Assembly: GCA_001792535.1 (NCBI GenBank) | Contig: MGGS01000013.1 | Span: forward strand, 692 to 64,691 | Length of the DNA: 64,000 nt | Direction of reading: 5' to 3' | Origin: Candidatus Woesebacteria bacterium RIFCSPHIGHO2_02_FULL_42_20 | GTDB lineage: Bacteria > Patescibacteriota > Microgenomatia > UBA8517 | In this document: positions 1 to 9,197 of the stretch, one piece after another | How positions within the stretch are numbered: the stretch's first letter is position 1 | Layout: each line of letters starts with the position of its first letter | The notes under the pieces: model-generated | Seen by the model: the letters and a program-made list of their open reading frames with translations, nothing else | What the model was told of the DNA's origin: nothing | Database searches by the model: none | Program-made: the position numbers and the translations under genes

Positions 1-428
1 GAGCGAATGGTCATTTTGCGCACTTCGCCCTCGAAGGCGCCGATTTTGACAAAATCTCCGATATTAAAAACGTCTTCCATAATTATGAAAAAGCCGCCAA
101 TGAAATCTTTGACCATAGATTGTGAACCGAATGAAAGGCCGACGCCAAGCACCCCCAACCCGGCGAGTAACGGTCCGATATTTACTCCCCATTGACCCAA
201 AATCATTAAAACTGCAATCAGTAAAATGCCAAAATTAATAATGTTTAAGAGGAGTGAACGAACGGTTTTTGTTTTGGCGAGGCGCTTTTCATTAAAACGA
301 CCAGACACCTTTGCGAAAGCAAATTTTAAAGCGTTTTTTGTGATAAACCGTATGACAAAAGTAGCAACTATGATTCCAGCGGAAGCGGCTATTTTACCGA
401 TGTTTTCGACTATAAAATTACTATTCAT
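1..428 (-). CDS. MscS-family small-conductance mechanosensitive channel (N-terminal about 140 aa; C-terminus runs off window start)
   Basis: Reverse-strand translation from ATG(428) gives MNSNFIVENIGK...GVLGVGLSFGSQSMVKDFIGGFFIIMEDVFNIGDFVKIGAFEGEVRKMTIRS: three TM helices plus the conserved MscS pore/beta-domain signature (GD.V.I....G.V....R.T.IR). Not in ORF track because it leaves the window. Confidence 0.7.
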   Translation of the reverse strand, partial: MNSNFIVENIGKIAASAGIIVATFVIRFITKNALKFAFAKVSGRFNEKRLAKTKTVRSLLLNIINFGILLIAVLMILGQWGVNIGPLLAGLGVLGVGLSFGSQSMVKDFIGGFFIIMEDVFNIGDFVKIGAFEGEVRKMTIR

Positions 429-442
429 GCTATTATTGTACC

Positions 443-1123
443 ATGCTTAATAATATTCTCCCCGCCTATAAACTTCCCGGTATGTCCACCTACGACATAA
501 TTAGGTGGTTTAAAAAAGAAACAGGGTTTAAAGGCAAGGTTGGCCACGGAGGAACACTAGACGTTTTTGCAAGTGGCGTTGTGCTGCTTCTTCTTGATCA
601 AGCGACTAAGAGGTTTGCCGATATCCAGAAACTTGAAAAAACTTATTTGGCTGGGGTCAGGCTGGGTGTAGAGTCTACAACATTGGATGTTGAGGGGGAT
701 TTCAGTCGCGAAGCAATAAATAAAGATCTTGCCGTTTCTGATATAAAAGCTGGGCTGGAGAAGTTTAAAGGTGAATTTCTCCAGAGTGTGCCTGCTTATT
801 CTGCGGCCAAGCATCACGGCAAACCGCTTTACGAATTAGCCAGAAAAGGAATAGAAGTCGACAAGAACAAACTAGTAACTATTTATTCGTTGGATATTGT
901 TTCGTTTAAATCACCGCTAATTACCCTAAAAATTGGATGCTCTTCGGGGACCTATGTGAGACAGCTTGCTTATGACATCTTTAACGCTTTGGGGAGCGCA
1001 AGTTTTTTGTACTTTTTAGAGAGGCAAAAAATCGGAAAAATTGATAAAAAGATGTGCGCCGAAGTAGAAGATTTGGCTTCAAACTGGAAGAAACATCTTT
1101 TTGGAGTGGCTGATCTCTTGTAG
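443..1123 (+). CDS. truB: tRNA pseudouridine(55) synthase TruB
   Basis: N-terminal KLPGMSTYD and GHGGTLD motifs with the catalytic Asp context typical of the TruB family; 226 aa. Confidence 0.85.
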   Translation: MLNNILPAYKLPGMSTYDIIRWFKKETGFKGKVGHGGTLDVFASGVVLLLLDQATKRFADIQKLEKTYLAGVRLGVESTTLDVEGDFSREAINKDLAVSDIKAGLEKFKGEFLQSVPAYSAAKHHGKPLYELARKGIEVDKNKLVTIYSLDIVSFKSPLITLKIGCSSGTYVRQLAYDIFNALGSASFLYFLERQKIGKIDKKMCAEVEDLASNWKKHLFGVADLL

Positions 1124-1132
1124 AATTTAAGT

Positions 1133-1771
1133 ATGTCTAAAGACAAAGAAAAAAAGGAGCATAAAAAGAGGGTCAAAGCTGTTATTGAGGAAACGCTTGC
1201 CGAACAAAGTACCGTGGAAACGGCAGGTCAAGTGGCCCAAAAAGACGTGGAGCCTAATCTGAAGGAAGCCGATGACAGACCGCACCCCAATGTTGTTAAA
1301 TTGTTTGCAATTGCATTTGCCTCGATGGTCTTTGTCGCAGTCATATCCGGAGCTGTTTATACTTATCTTAATGGTGTTAGTTCTTTAAGAACTGAAGGAG
1401 TGACGCCTACGTCTACGCCACACCCAGAGGATAAAGAGCCTTTGACAGGGACCCCCGGGCCAGCTCCTACACTCAAGGAACAAGTTGACTTGTCAGTCTA
1501 TAAACTTGTTGTTTTGAACGGCAGCGGAAAAATCGGAGTTGCCTCGCAAGCTAAGTCAGACTTAGCCAAAGCTGGTTTTGTGTCTATTAGCACAAATAAT
1601 GCCGGTGCTTTCGACTTTGCTGAAACTTTGGTGTCCGCCAAGGAAAGCGTGCCCGAGTCCGTGAAAAGTTTGGTTAAGGGAACTCTTTCGAAAAGTTATG
1701 CTGTGGCAGATGGTGAAGCGTTACCGCCCGCCTCCGGTTTTGATATCGAAATTACTTTAGGATCGAAGTAG
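1133..1771 (+). CDS. membrane-anchored LytR_C (LytR/CpsA/Psr C-terminal) domain protein
   Basis: Lys-rich N-terminus, one TM helix (LFAIAFASMVFVAVISGAVYTYL), Pro/Thr linker, C-terminal VVLNGSGKIGVASQAKSDLAKAGF resembling the LytR_C domain. Confidence 0.6.
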   Translation: MSKDKEKKEHKKRVKAVIEETLAEQSTVETAGQVAQKDVEPNLKEADDRPHPNVVKLFAIAFASMVFVAVISGAVYTYLNGVSSLRTEGVTPTSTPHPEDKEPLTGTPGPAPTLKEQVDLSVYKLVVLNGSGKIGVASQAKSDLAKAGFVSISTNNAGAFDFAETLVSAKESVPESVKSLVKGTLSKSYAVADGEALPPASGFDIEITLGSK

Positions 1772-2456
1772 GATTGATAGGTACACCGTTTTCGATAATT
1801 TCAAAGTGCAAATGATCCCCAAATGCCCGGCCGGAGGAACCCATTTCGCCAATTTGTGTGTATAAATCCACTTCTTGACCTTCTTTAACCTTGATTGTGG
1901 ACAAATGTGCATAGCGGGATATAATCCCGTTCCCGTGATTTACGATGACCGAGTTTCCGTAGCCGATTCTGGAATAAGTAATGTTTTCTACTATTCCCGT
2001 CATTACGGGTCTGATAACGTCTCCTGTGATTCCGTCGAGATCAACCCCCGGGTGGAAAAAATGGTATCCTTGTGTGATTCTTATAGTTTCGACTGGGTAC
2101 TGAATGCCGCTTTTAGTTACTAATGGTTCGCTGCTAGTCACATACAGTTCTTCCTCGAGGCTTGAACCTAAAGCAGTATTTGAAGTAAAGAGGGACCCGG
2201 TAATGAGCGCAAATGCCAGGTTTCCGCCAAGGATCTTGTTTATTTTACTGTGCTCAAAAATGTGCCTGAAAAACCTAGAGACGATATTGCCTCCACGAAA
2301 TCTTCGAAGATGTTTCATTTTTGGAATGAAGGGAAATTCGCGTACATTGACCTTTCGCCTTTTAATTACCTTTAAGTTTAAAATAAGGCGATATTTGGGC
2401 AGATTAAAGGAATAATTTAACATTAAAAAATCCCGATTATCTCGGGAAGTCGCCAA
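1752..2456 (-). CDS. M23 family metallopeptidase (LytM-like)
   Basis: HFFHPGVDLD ... NHGNGIISRYAHL ... GSSGRAFGDHLHFEI: canonical HxxxD and HxH zinc motifs of peptidase M23; N-terminal signal/TM. Confidence 0.8.
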   Translation of the reverse strand: MATSRDNRDFLMLNYSFNLPKYRLILNLKVIKRRKVNVREFPFIPKMKHLRRFRGGNIVSRFFRHIFEHSKINKILGGNLAFALITGSLFTSNTALGSSLEEELYVTSSEPLVTKSGIQYPVETIRITQGYHFFHPGVDLDGITGDVIRPVMTGIVENITYSRIGYGNSVIVNHGNGIISRYAHLSTIKVKEGQEVDLYTQIGEMGSSGRAFGDHLHFEIIENGVPINPTSILK

Positions 2457-2501
2457 TTATATCCTATAATAACTTGAAAAGTCAAGTTCAGTGATGTTTT
2501 T

Positions 2502-3440
2502 TCATACACCGGCTACTGACACTCCGGTATAGAGAATGAAAATCATCGCTAGTGTCCAGAGGATAACCGATGCCACTAGTGACACATCGGTTAAAAGCAG
2601 TTTTTCGGGTGCTTCGCTTCTGCCTTCAAAAATTAATTTCTGATACCTCATTATTCCGAATATTACTATTGGAATAGTGATCATAAGTAGTTTGTTTATT
2701 GTTGTGGTTCTTGAAATCTCGGCTAAAAGTAGCCAAATAGGAAGTGACGCCTTGGGTGACTCAAAGAAAGTAAACAGTGCCCAGCTCATCCAAGACGCGT
2801 TGCCAAACATAGTAACATAAGAGTTTAGTAATTCCTTCTGGTAGTGATTGAGGCTTTTTCTGGTTTCAAGCTTGGTTGCCTTTACAAAATTCAACTCGGC
2901 CCGGCGCTTGCCTGAGGCTAAAAATAGCGCTGTCGAGACGACACAGAGGAGAAACCACACGGAAAGATGAGCGTCGATGACTACGGCACCTGCATAGACT
3001 CTAATGATAAATCCCGATGCAATGATCAAAATGTCAGCGACAGCGATATTTTTGATCCCCAATGAATAAATGAGCTGTAAAAAAAGGTAGCCCAAAATGA
3101 GGGCAAAGAAAAGATCTCCTGCCCTGTTTGCCATGAAAAGCGATAAAAAAGCCAAAATGGCAGCAATGCTAGTGGCAACAGTCGGTGAAACCGTATTTGC
3201 CGCGACAGGTCTATTTTTTTTGGTGGGGTGGAGCTTGTCGTTTTTGGCGTCTAAGACGTCGTTAAAAACGTAAGTAGCGCTGGCGGCAATGCTAAAAACG
3301 ATGAAAGCGTAGAATGAGAAAACAAACAAATTTCTATCTAAGAGTGAACCACTAAAAAGGAGGGCAGCAAAAACCGATAAGTTTTTGATCCAATGAATTG
3401 GGCGGGTCAGCTTTATTATTTCGATCGGTAAGTAAGCCAT
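2502..3440 (-). CDS. UbiA-superfamily polyprenyl-phosphate transferase (context suggests decaprenyl-phosphate phosphoribosyltransferase-like)
   Basis: Eight to nine TM helices; Asp-rich motif NDVLDAKNDKLHPTKKNRPVAANTVS (NDxxDxxxD followed by HP.K..RP), the UbiA fold signature. Overlaps the next gene by 25 nt. Confidence 0.7.
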   Translation of the reverse strand: MAYLPIEIIKLTRPIHWIKNLSVFAALLFSGSLLDRNLFVFSFYAFIVFSIAASATYVFNDVLDAKNDKLHPTKKNRPVAANTVSPTVATSIAAILAFLSLFMANRAGDLFFALILGYLFLQLIYSLGIKNIAVADILIIASGFIIRVYAGAVVIDAHLSVWFLLCVVSTALFLASGKRRAELNFVKATKLETRKSLNHYQKELLNSYVTMFGNASWMSWALFTFFESPKASLPIWLLLAEISRTTTINKLLMITIPIVIFGIMRYQKLIFEGRSEAPEKLLLTDVSLVASVILWTLAMIFILYTGVSVAGV

Positions 3441-4447
3441 AAGAGTAGTCCACCTACAAAGAACGCGACTCCCACAATTGTATATAACTTAAGGTTTGCA
3501 TTCAAACTCAAAGAGATCACGCCCAAAAGCGCAGTTACTAACCAATAGAAAAGGGCAACTTTTCTTTTGCTCCATCCCGAGTCGAGCAGTTTGTGGTGAA
3601 GGTGACCCCTGTCTCCCCAAACGGGGGATTTTCCGGAAAGTACTCTTCGTACTATGGTGTACCCGGTATCGATTATGGGTACACCCAAAACAACAGCCAG
3701 GGTCCCAACTTTAGTCGTTGAAAGTATCGAGAGGATGGCAAGCATAAAACCTGCGAGGTTTGACCCTGCAAAAGACGGCATGATTTTTTGGGGATAAATA
3801 TGCCAAGGAAGGAAACCAAGAAAGGCTCCGGCGGTAATTGACGCGAGAATAATTACAGGCCACTGTGCAATATCGGCCGAGAACTTGAGAGAAAGAATAC
3901 CGATAAAGATTGCCGCTATGGCGACGGTTCCAGACAGTTGTCCGTCAACTCCTTTTGCTCCCATATTAAGTATGTTCATTAAAAATACTATCCAAAAGAT
4001 TGCGAAAATGTCGGCGAGAATAGGGTATTTGGATAGGTCGATTATGCCCGTTCCAAAGGGGTTATTAATAAAATTTATTCCGATGCCCGCAAGTATAGGA
4101 ATAGTCGCGGCGACTAACTGAGCTAGAAGCCTGAAGTAAGGATTGATGTCATATTTGTCATCGAGAATTCCTATGATGGTGATGAAAGTGGCAGCCAAGA
4201 GAATTGCTTGGATGTGGCTGTCTAAAGGTAGAAAGGAAGCTATGGCGAGCGCTAAGGCGATGAAAATTGCCAGCCCTCCACCGCGTGGGACAGGATATGT
4301 GTGGATGGTCTTGGGGTGAGTTGTTTTTTTAGGATCGTCGATAATGCCGATTTTCCAGGCAAACTTAATTACAACAGGTGTGGTTACGAAGGCGAGGAAG
4401 AAAGCCAATAGAACCGGGTTTATAAAGAGTCGGACAAAGTTGTTCAT
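3416..4447 (-). CDS. MraY/WecA-family (GT4) polyprenyl-phosphate N-acetylhexosamine-1-phosphate transferase
   Basis: Ten to eleven TM helices; GIIDDPKKTTHPKTIHTYPVPRGGG and ILDDKYDINP acidic motifs typical of MraY/WecA/WbpL. Not in a dcw/mur context, so a WecA-like role is more likely than MraY. Confidence 0.75.
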   Translation of the reverse strand: MNNFVRLFINPVLLAFFLAFVTTPVVIKFAWKIGIIDDPKKTTHPKTIHTYPVPRGGGLAIFIALALAIASFLPLDSHIQAILLAATFITIIGILDDKYDINPYFRLLAQLVAATIPILAGIGINFINNPFGTGIIDLSKYPILADIFAIFWIVFLMNILNMGAKGVDGQLSGTVAIAAIFIGILSLKFSADIAQWPVIILASITAGAFLGFLPWHIYPQKIMPSFAGSNLAGFMLAILSILSTTKVGTLAVVLGVPIIDTGYTIVRRVLSGKSPVWGDRGHLHHKLLDSGWSKRKVALFYWLVTALLGVISLSLNANLKLYTIVGVAFFVGGLLLWLTYRSK

Positions 4448-4465
4448 CTATTTAGATTGGTCATC

Positions 4466-4822
4466 TTAAAAATTACCCACAAGCGAAAGAGTTTTATAAA
4501 CGGCGAAGGCTGCCATGACCGAGGTGACGGCAACCGTACTGGTGAGCAATTTTTGTAAAAATTTATCTTTGATTATCTTTGCAACCCCAACGTTTACCAT
4601 CGTTGCAATTAAGGCGGTGGCAGGTGGTAAAACCAGGTATATTTTAGGTAAAAGTTGTTCGTTCCCCCTGGGCTTCCCGTAAAAAAGCGGTATCTCGGGG
4701 GGAAGGTTGTTTTGGAAAAGTAAACTGACAAAGATTGCAAGCGAGTCAATTGCCAGGCTCAGTGTGACAATTCTTTTAAACGGCAAGCCGCTTGCAACTA
4801 ATTTACGATCAGTGTTTTTCAC
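4466..4822 (-). CDS. small integral membrane protein (3 TM), unknown function
   Basis: 118-aa ORF overlapping the downstream GT-C gene by 4 nt; hydrophobic helices; no recognisable motif. Confidence 0.35.
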   Translation of the reverse strand: MKNTDRKLVASGLPFKRIVTLSLAIDSLAIFVSLLFQNNLPPEIPLFYGKPRGNEQLLPKIYLVLPPATALIATMVNVGVAKIIKDKFLQKLLTSTVAVTSVMAAFAVYKTLSLVGNF

Positions 4823-6318
4823 TCTTGGTGGATTTTACCTCGACTTTGTTGTAAGTACCAAATTTCCGCCGTCTGAATGGTTTTTATTTTTATAAAGTTT
4901 TGTTTTAGAAATTGGTTTAGTTGAGGAAAACTGTCTGCCTCGCTTAGTACGACCACGGCTTTAGGGGGGTTAGCAGCCAGATCAATTAAAACTGTTTCGG
5001 GTGAATAAAAATCCTTTACGTGATAATCTGCTACATATTTTATTGGCGGGAGCCTTTTGGCAAGGGCGTAAATTGTTGATGTGCTGCCCCAGACAAAAAT
5101 TCTGTCGTACCGGTCCGTTATAGTAGTTAGAAACTGCGCTACTTCATAGTCTCGTGGTGTATTGGAGTCAAAATTCTTGAGGTAATCGTTTATGGTTACT
5201 TTGCTTGTAGCAAATTCAAAGAAGCGGTTATAGTAACTTGAGGTGGAGTAATACCAAAACTTAAAATAAAATGGGACGACTGCAAATAGCGAGAGCGGGA
5301 TAATTGAGTAAACCTGTTCTTTCTTTGGCGAAGTTGCCAATAATGCAACCAACAGAGAAAGGGGTGGTACCGTTTGCATTAAATAATGGGGGTAGGGCCG
5401 CTCGGAAAGAGTTGCCGCAAAAAGCGTGAAGACAAGCCAAACAGTAGCAAAAGTAAAAGTAAGCGACAGTTTTTTGCGAAGAAGGTAAAGAGTAACCGTT
5501 ACAATTAATACAATTAAGCCACGAATAAGAATGGGTGCGTTACGCTCTAAAAACGGCGCTTGCGTTTCATCTGGCCTCCAGGAAGATAAATATCCGACGT
5601 TTTGAGCAAAAGCGGCGCTTATATATTGGCTTAATCCGCCCCGAAAATAATACCAAGCGAAAGTTAGAAGTATAGGGGTTGCAAACCCGATGGCTAATGG
5701 AAGAGCTTTTCTTGCAGTATTAAGTAGTCCTTTAATGTTAAACGTCTCTTTAAATAGCCAAATTATAATAATTACAGGCAGATCAAAGGCAGCTGGGATT
5801 TTAAACAGTGTTGCAAGCGAAAATAAAGCTCCGGCGATTAGTATTTTTTGAGTATTTAGTTTTCCGGCCAAGAGTAGTAGAAAAGCAGCAACACTTAGTC
5901 CAATCATAAAAACTTCGGAATTGGCTATTTGACCTTCAAAAAGCGGGATTGTAGACAAAAGTGCAAAAACAAACGTGGCAACTTTTTGAGCCTTCAAGTT
6001 TTTGGGAAAGAGCCTTTTGGTAAGTTGCCAGAAAATTACGATGTAGACTATATTCCAAAGCGCAAGGATCATTCTAAACCAAAAAACGCTTCCGGCAATT
6101 GCAGCAAGGACATAAAGGAGAGGCGGTTTGTTGTCATGGATGTCGCGGTAAAGCACCAAGCCTTGGCGTATTCCTTCTCCCAGAGTTAAATAAATCATTT
6201 CATCGCCATAAGCGTAGGGCTCAAAAAAAGAGGGAATTCGAAGAATAAAAACCAAAACTAGTGTCGCAATTAACCAATTGGGTAGCGAGGCACCGACGAT
6301 TTTTTTGAGGAGTTTCAT
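4819..6318 (-). CDS. GT-C fold glycosyltransferase, ArnT/PMT (GT39/GT83)-like
   Basis: N-terminal YGDEMIYL ... KPPLLY (the DE and PPL motifs of PMT_2/ArnT enzymes), about 11 TM helices, then a C-terminal soluble domain of about 150 aa. Confidence 0.7.
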   Translation of the reverse strand: MKLLKKIVGASLPNWLIATLVLVFILRIPSFFEPYAYGDEMIYLTLGEGIRQGLVLYRDIHDNKPPLLYVLAAIAGSVFWFRMILALWNIVYIVIFWQLTKRLFPKNLKAQKVATFVFALLSTIPLFEGQIANSEVFMIGLSVAAFLLLLAGKLNTQKILIAGALFSLATLFKIPAAFDLPVIIIIWLFKETFNIKGLLNTARKALPLAIGFATPILLTFAWYYFRGGLSQYISAAFAQNVGYLSSWRPDETQAPFLERNAPILIRGLIVLIVTVTLYLLRKKLSLTFTFATVWLVFTLFAATLSERPYPHYLMQTVPPLSLLVALLATSPKKEQVYSIIPLSLFAVVPFYFKFWYYSTSSYYNRFFEFATSKVTINDYLKNFDSNTPRDYEVAQFLTTITDRYDRIFVWGSTSTIYALAKRLPPIKYVADYHVKDFYSPETVLIDLAANPPKAVVVLSEADSFPQLNQFLKQNFIKIKTIQTAEIWYLQQSRGKIHQE

Positions 6319-6340
6319 TGTTAATTGAGTTTAGCAGGTA

Positions 6341-7693
6341 TTATCTTGCCAGCAAAATAAACTTTAATTCGCCAAACTCCTTAACAAGGCCTTGCCTATA
6401 GTTTTCGATTTTAACTTCGTCGGGGTTTCCGCTGGTTATAACACCCACCCGAAAGGTTTTTTTGGGAATATCGTTTACAATGTCGTTTTCAGTCATTTGA
6501 GCCGTTCCTACATAAAAAGGCAACTCGGCTCCGCTTGGGACGTATAAAGGAGCTTCTAATTTATAGTATTTTGTTTCCCAAATGTGATGGGCGGCAGCAT
6601 TCCAATTAATGAGAAAGTCGTCGCCGCGTTTGACCTCGTGGATATATTGGGCGAGTTCCCGAAAAGGTCTCTTTGTGGGGTGGACGAAATATTGGTAGTC
6701 GACGAAGACGAATACTATTAGCAAAATACCCAATAAGACACCCGAGACTTTTCTGGTATTGGTTGCAAGCAAGATCATCGCGGCAGGGATTGTGTAGAGT
6801 AGGTAGCGGTCGAAAAAGATCGACTGAAATTTTTGGGAGACTGACCAGGTGAGCACTATTGGTCCCAAAAACCAGGAGAGCAAAAAGGTTGATTTGGCGA
6901 CGTTTGTGCCCCACCGTCGCACAATATATGTGGTATATGTTAAATACAGCCCGTAGCGTGCTAATTTATTTGGCAACCCCTCCGCGATATATTTTTGTAT
7001 GAGTCCGCGCAGGTCGGTTAGATTTGGTGTTGCGAGCCAGAACCCGGAGCCGACGAGTGTTGTTTGGTAATAAAGTGCAGACAGCCAGGGTGCGTAAATT
7101 AAGCCGATTGCCAGATATGACTTAAATATATTAAACGCCGTCTTTCTATGTCCCCAAACTGCAACTTTTACGAACCATAAGCCTTGGATAAATATGGCAA
7201 ATAGTGCAAAATGATGGCTGTAGAGTGCCCAGGAAGTACCAATAACATACCCCAAATAATCTTTGAAACTTGCTCGCTTTCGTACTCTTCCAAGCGTGTC
7301 GGTTTTTGGAAAAATTATTTTTGCAAAAAAATACATCGATATAGTGACACCGGCAGCTAGTATCGAATACATCCGGCCCTCAAATGCATACTGGAAGAAG
7401 AAGGGATTAAAAAAGGTAAAAGCGGTGGCTAAGATTGCGGCTCTTCGATTCCATAGCAAGGCCGTAATTTTATAAACGAAAAAGATAGCAACACAATAGT
7501 AAACAAATGACAGCGCTCTTATTGCCACTTCCCCGTCGCCGAATATTTTATACCAGTAGTGAAGCGTGAGGTTATACAGCGGTGGGCTGGTGTCACGGCT
7601 GATTATTTCCAAAATTTTCGGTACGGAATTTCTTGAAAGTACAGCGCTAAACGCTTCGTCCCCCCAAAGGCTTTGATTGAATACAGTTTGCAT
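6341..7693 (-). CDS. GT-C fold glycosyltransferase, ArnT/PMT-like (paralogue)
   Basis: WGDEAFS ... SPPLYN motifs, multiple TM helices, C-terminal soluble domain; same architecture as 4819..6318. Confidence 0.7.
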   Translation of the reverse strand: MQTVFNQSLWGDEAFSAVLSRNSVPKILEIISRDTSPPLYNLTLHYWYKIFGDGEVAIRALSFVYYCVAIFFVYKITALLWNRRAAILATAFTFFNPFFFQYAFEGRMYSILAAGVTISMYFFAKIIFPKTDTLGRVRKRASFKDYLGYVIGTSWALYSHHFALFAIFIQGLWFVKVAVWGHRKTAFNIFKSYLAIGLIYAPWLSALYYQTTLVGSGFWLATPNLTDLRGLIQKYIAEGLPNKLARYGLYLTYTTYIVRRWGTNVAKSTFLLSWFLGPIVLTWSVSQKFQSIFFDRYLLYTIPAAMILLATNTRKVSGVLLGILLIVFVFVDYQYFVHPTKRPFRELAQYIHEVKRGDDFLINWNAAAHHIWETKYYKLEAPLYVPSGAELPFYVGTAQMTENDIVNDIPKKTFRVGVITSGNPDEVKIENYRQGLVKEFGELKFILLAR

Positions 7694-7700
7694 AATTTAA

Positions 7701-8861
7701 CTATTTTGGGTACCAAACAAGGTATGTTCTTAGTGAATCCCACTCATCCTCTGATAAGTCGTTAAAAAAGTTGGAATAAATTTCATCCGAGCATAGGACT
7801 TTTTCAACATTTTTGCCGCTTTCCCAAACGAACCAGCAATCATTGAAAAAGGGATTGTATATAGTGTGATCAAAAAAGATTCTGCCGCCGGCATCGGCCA
7901 AAAGAAAAGGAGCCAGGTAGTCAGAAACATAATTTCCCTCCGGCTTTACGCGATTAAAATATAGGTTGTTAGAATAGTGTTCTTCAGCCACGTTATAAAT
8001 TGTGTAAACATAGTTTTCCTTGGTAGGTTCCAGTTGGAGGGGTAAAAGGCCGAAATTCCAGAAACGCTCTATACTGGTTGAAAAGTGGGTAGTAACTTTT
8101 CCTTTTAGAATCGTTTGGGCACCGGTATTTATATCAAGCACGACATCTTTGGTCCCCGTCAGTAATACTTTATTTTGTTTCAGCGAGCCGACAGCGCCGA
8201 AGTAGTAATAAGTTTTTGTAGCCGGTAGTGGGAGGCTGGAAATGTTTTTGTACTCCTGATAATCGTAAATTTGGATTTTGTTTAGATTGCAACTTGAAGA
8301 GTCTGTTATTGAAGGCGTGTTTGTTGACACAAGAAGCAGATGGTTTTCGATGCCCCAGTCGATAACGTCTATCTTTCCGCAATCGCCGCCGATTCTGAAT
8401 TCAGCTAGCTTTTCAGGCCCGTGAGTTTTCAAGTCATATCCCCAAACTTCCTGTTTGTTTTTTTCCCATTCCAGGACAGACAGTATAACCAATGGATAGT
8501 ATCTTTCAGTTTCTAACTCAATCTCTACATAGGCGTCTGAGGGTTTATTGGCTACTTTTTTGAACTCTGTCGTATCAATCTCTTTTCGCCTTAGTGAAAC
8601 TTCTTTTTCGTATTCAAAATAGGGGTGGGAAAACGCAGCGCGCGTTAATTTTCTGGTTTCTACATTCAGTTCCCAGTACGTTTCGTTTTTATCATATTCT
8701 CCCACTGGTTTTGATCCGAGCCCAGTATCTGTATAAAAAACCGCAGTCTCTTCGGTGGAAGTGGGTGTAGCGATGCCGTTATTTTTGTTGGCAATGAGAA
8801 AAATAATGGCAAGAAAGACAATGATCAAAATTGGGATTAGAATAAACCCCCTTTGCTTCAT
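7701..8861 (-). CDS. secreted/membrane-anchored hypothetical protein (candidate glycosylation target)
   Basis: N-terminal signal anchor MKQRGFILIPILIIVFLAIIFLIA, then a 360-aa soluble domain rich in Thr/Ser/Tyr; last gene of the GT-C block. Confidence 0.45.
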   Translation of the reverse strand: MKQRGFILIPILIIVFLAIIFLIANKNNGIATPTSTEETAVFYTDTGLGSKPVGEYDKNETYWELNVETRKLTRAAFSHPYFEYEKEVSLRRKEIDTTEFKKVANKPSDAYVEIELETERYYPLVILSVLEWEKNKQEVWGYDLKTHGPEKLAEFRIGGDCGKIDVIDWGIENHLLLVSTNTPSITDSSSCNLNKIQIYDYQEYKNISSLPLPATKTYYYFGAVGSLKQNKVLLTGTKDVVLDINTGAQTILKGKVTTHFSTSIERFWNFGLLPLQLEPTKENYVYTIYNVAEEHYSNNLYFNRVKPEGNYVSDYLAPFLLADAGGRIFFDHTIYNPFFNDCWFVWESGKNVEKVLCSDEIYSNFFNDLSEDEWDSLRTYLVWYPK

Positions 8862-9197
8862 GACTTAAATATAACAAAAATTTAGTACAATTGGAGAGAT
8901 TCTTGTTGTAACTCATCGCGGCCACAAAACCGATCAAAAATTGGCGAAAAGTGAGTACAGGATTTATAGAGTTAAAGACGAACCAAAATTAGTCGACCAA
9001 CTGCATTTAGAACTTGCGATAGGAGAAAGCGATTGGCAAGGCTATTTACTCCCAACCGGTTTTCCCAAGGACTAAAAAGCCAAAAGCAGAATTGTTCCTA
9101 CAAACGAGTTAATATCTCCTAATTCGAAGGTAGTTGCTCCTTGCCGCCTCTAAAAATAAAGTGGTAAACTGTGGTAAACTACAGTTACTATTAAGTT

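Noticed and set aside
226-450. 74-aa plus-strand ORF at window start
   Set aside because: Antisense to the MscS channel gene whose translation shows the conserved family signature; no motif of its own.
9041-9152. Long-range complementarity GGCAAGG...CCTTGCC suggesting a 110-nt structured RNA upstream of the EamA gene
   Set aside because: A single 7-bp pairing over 100 nt is expected by chance; no internal conserved motifs recognised.
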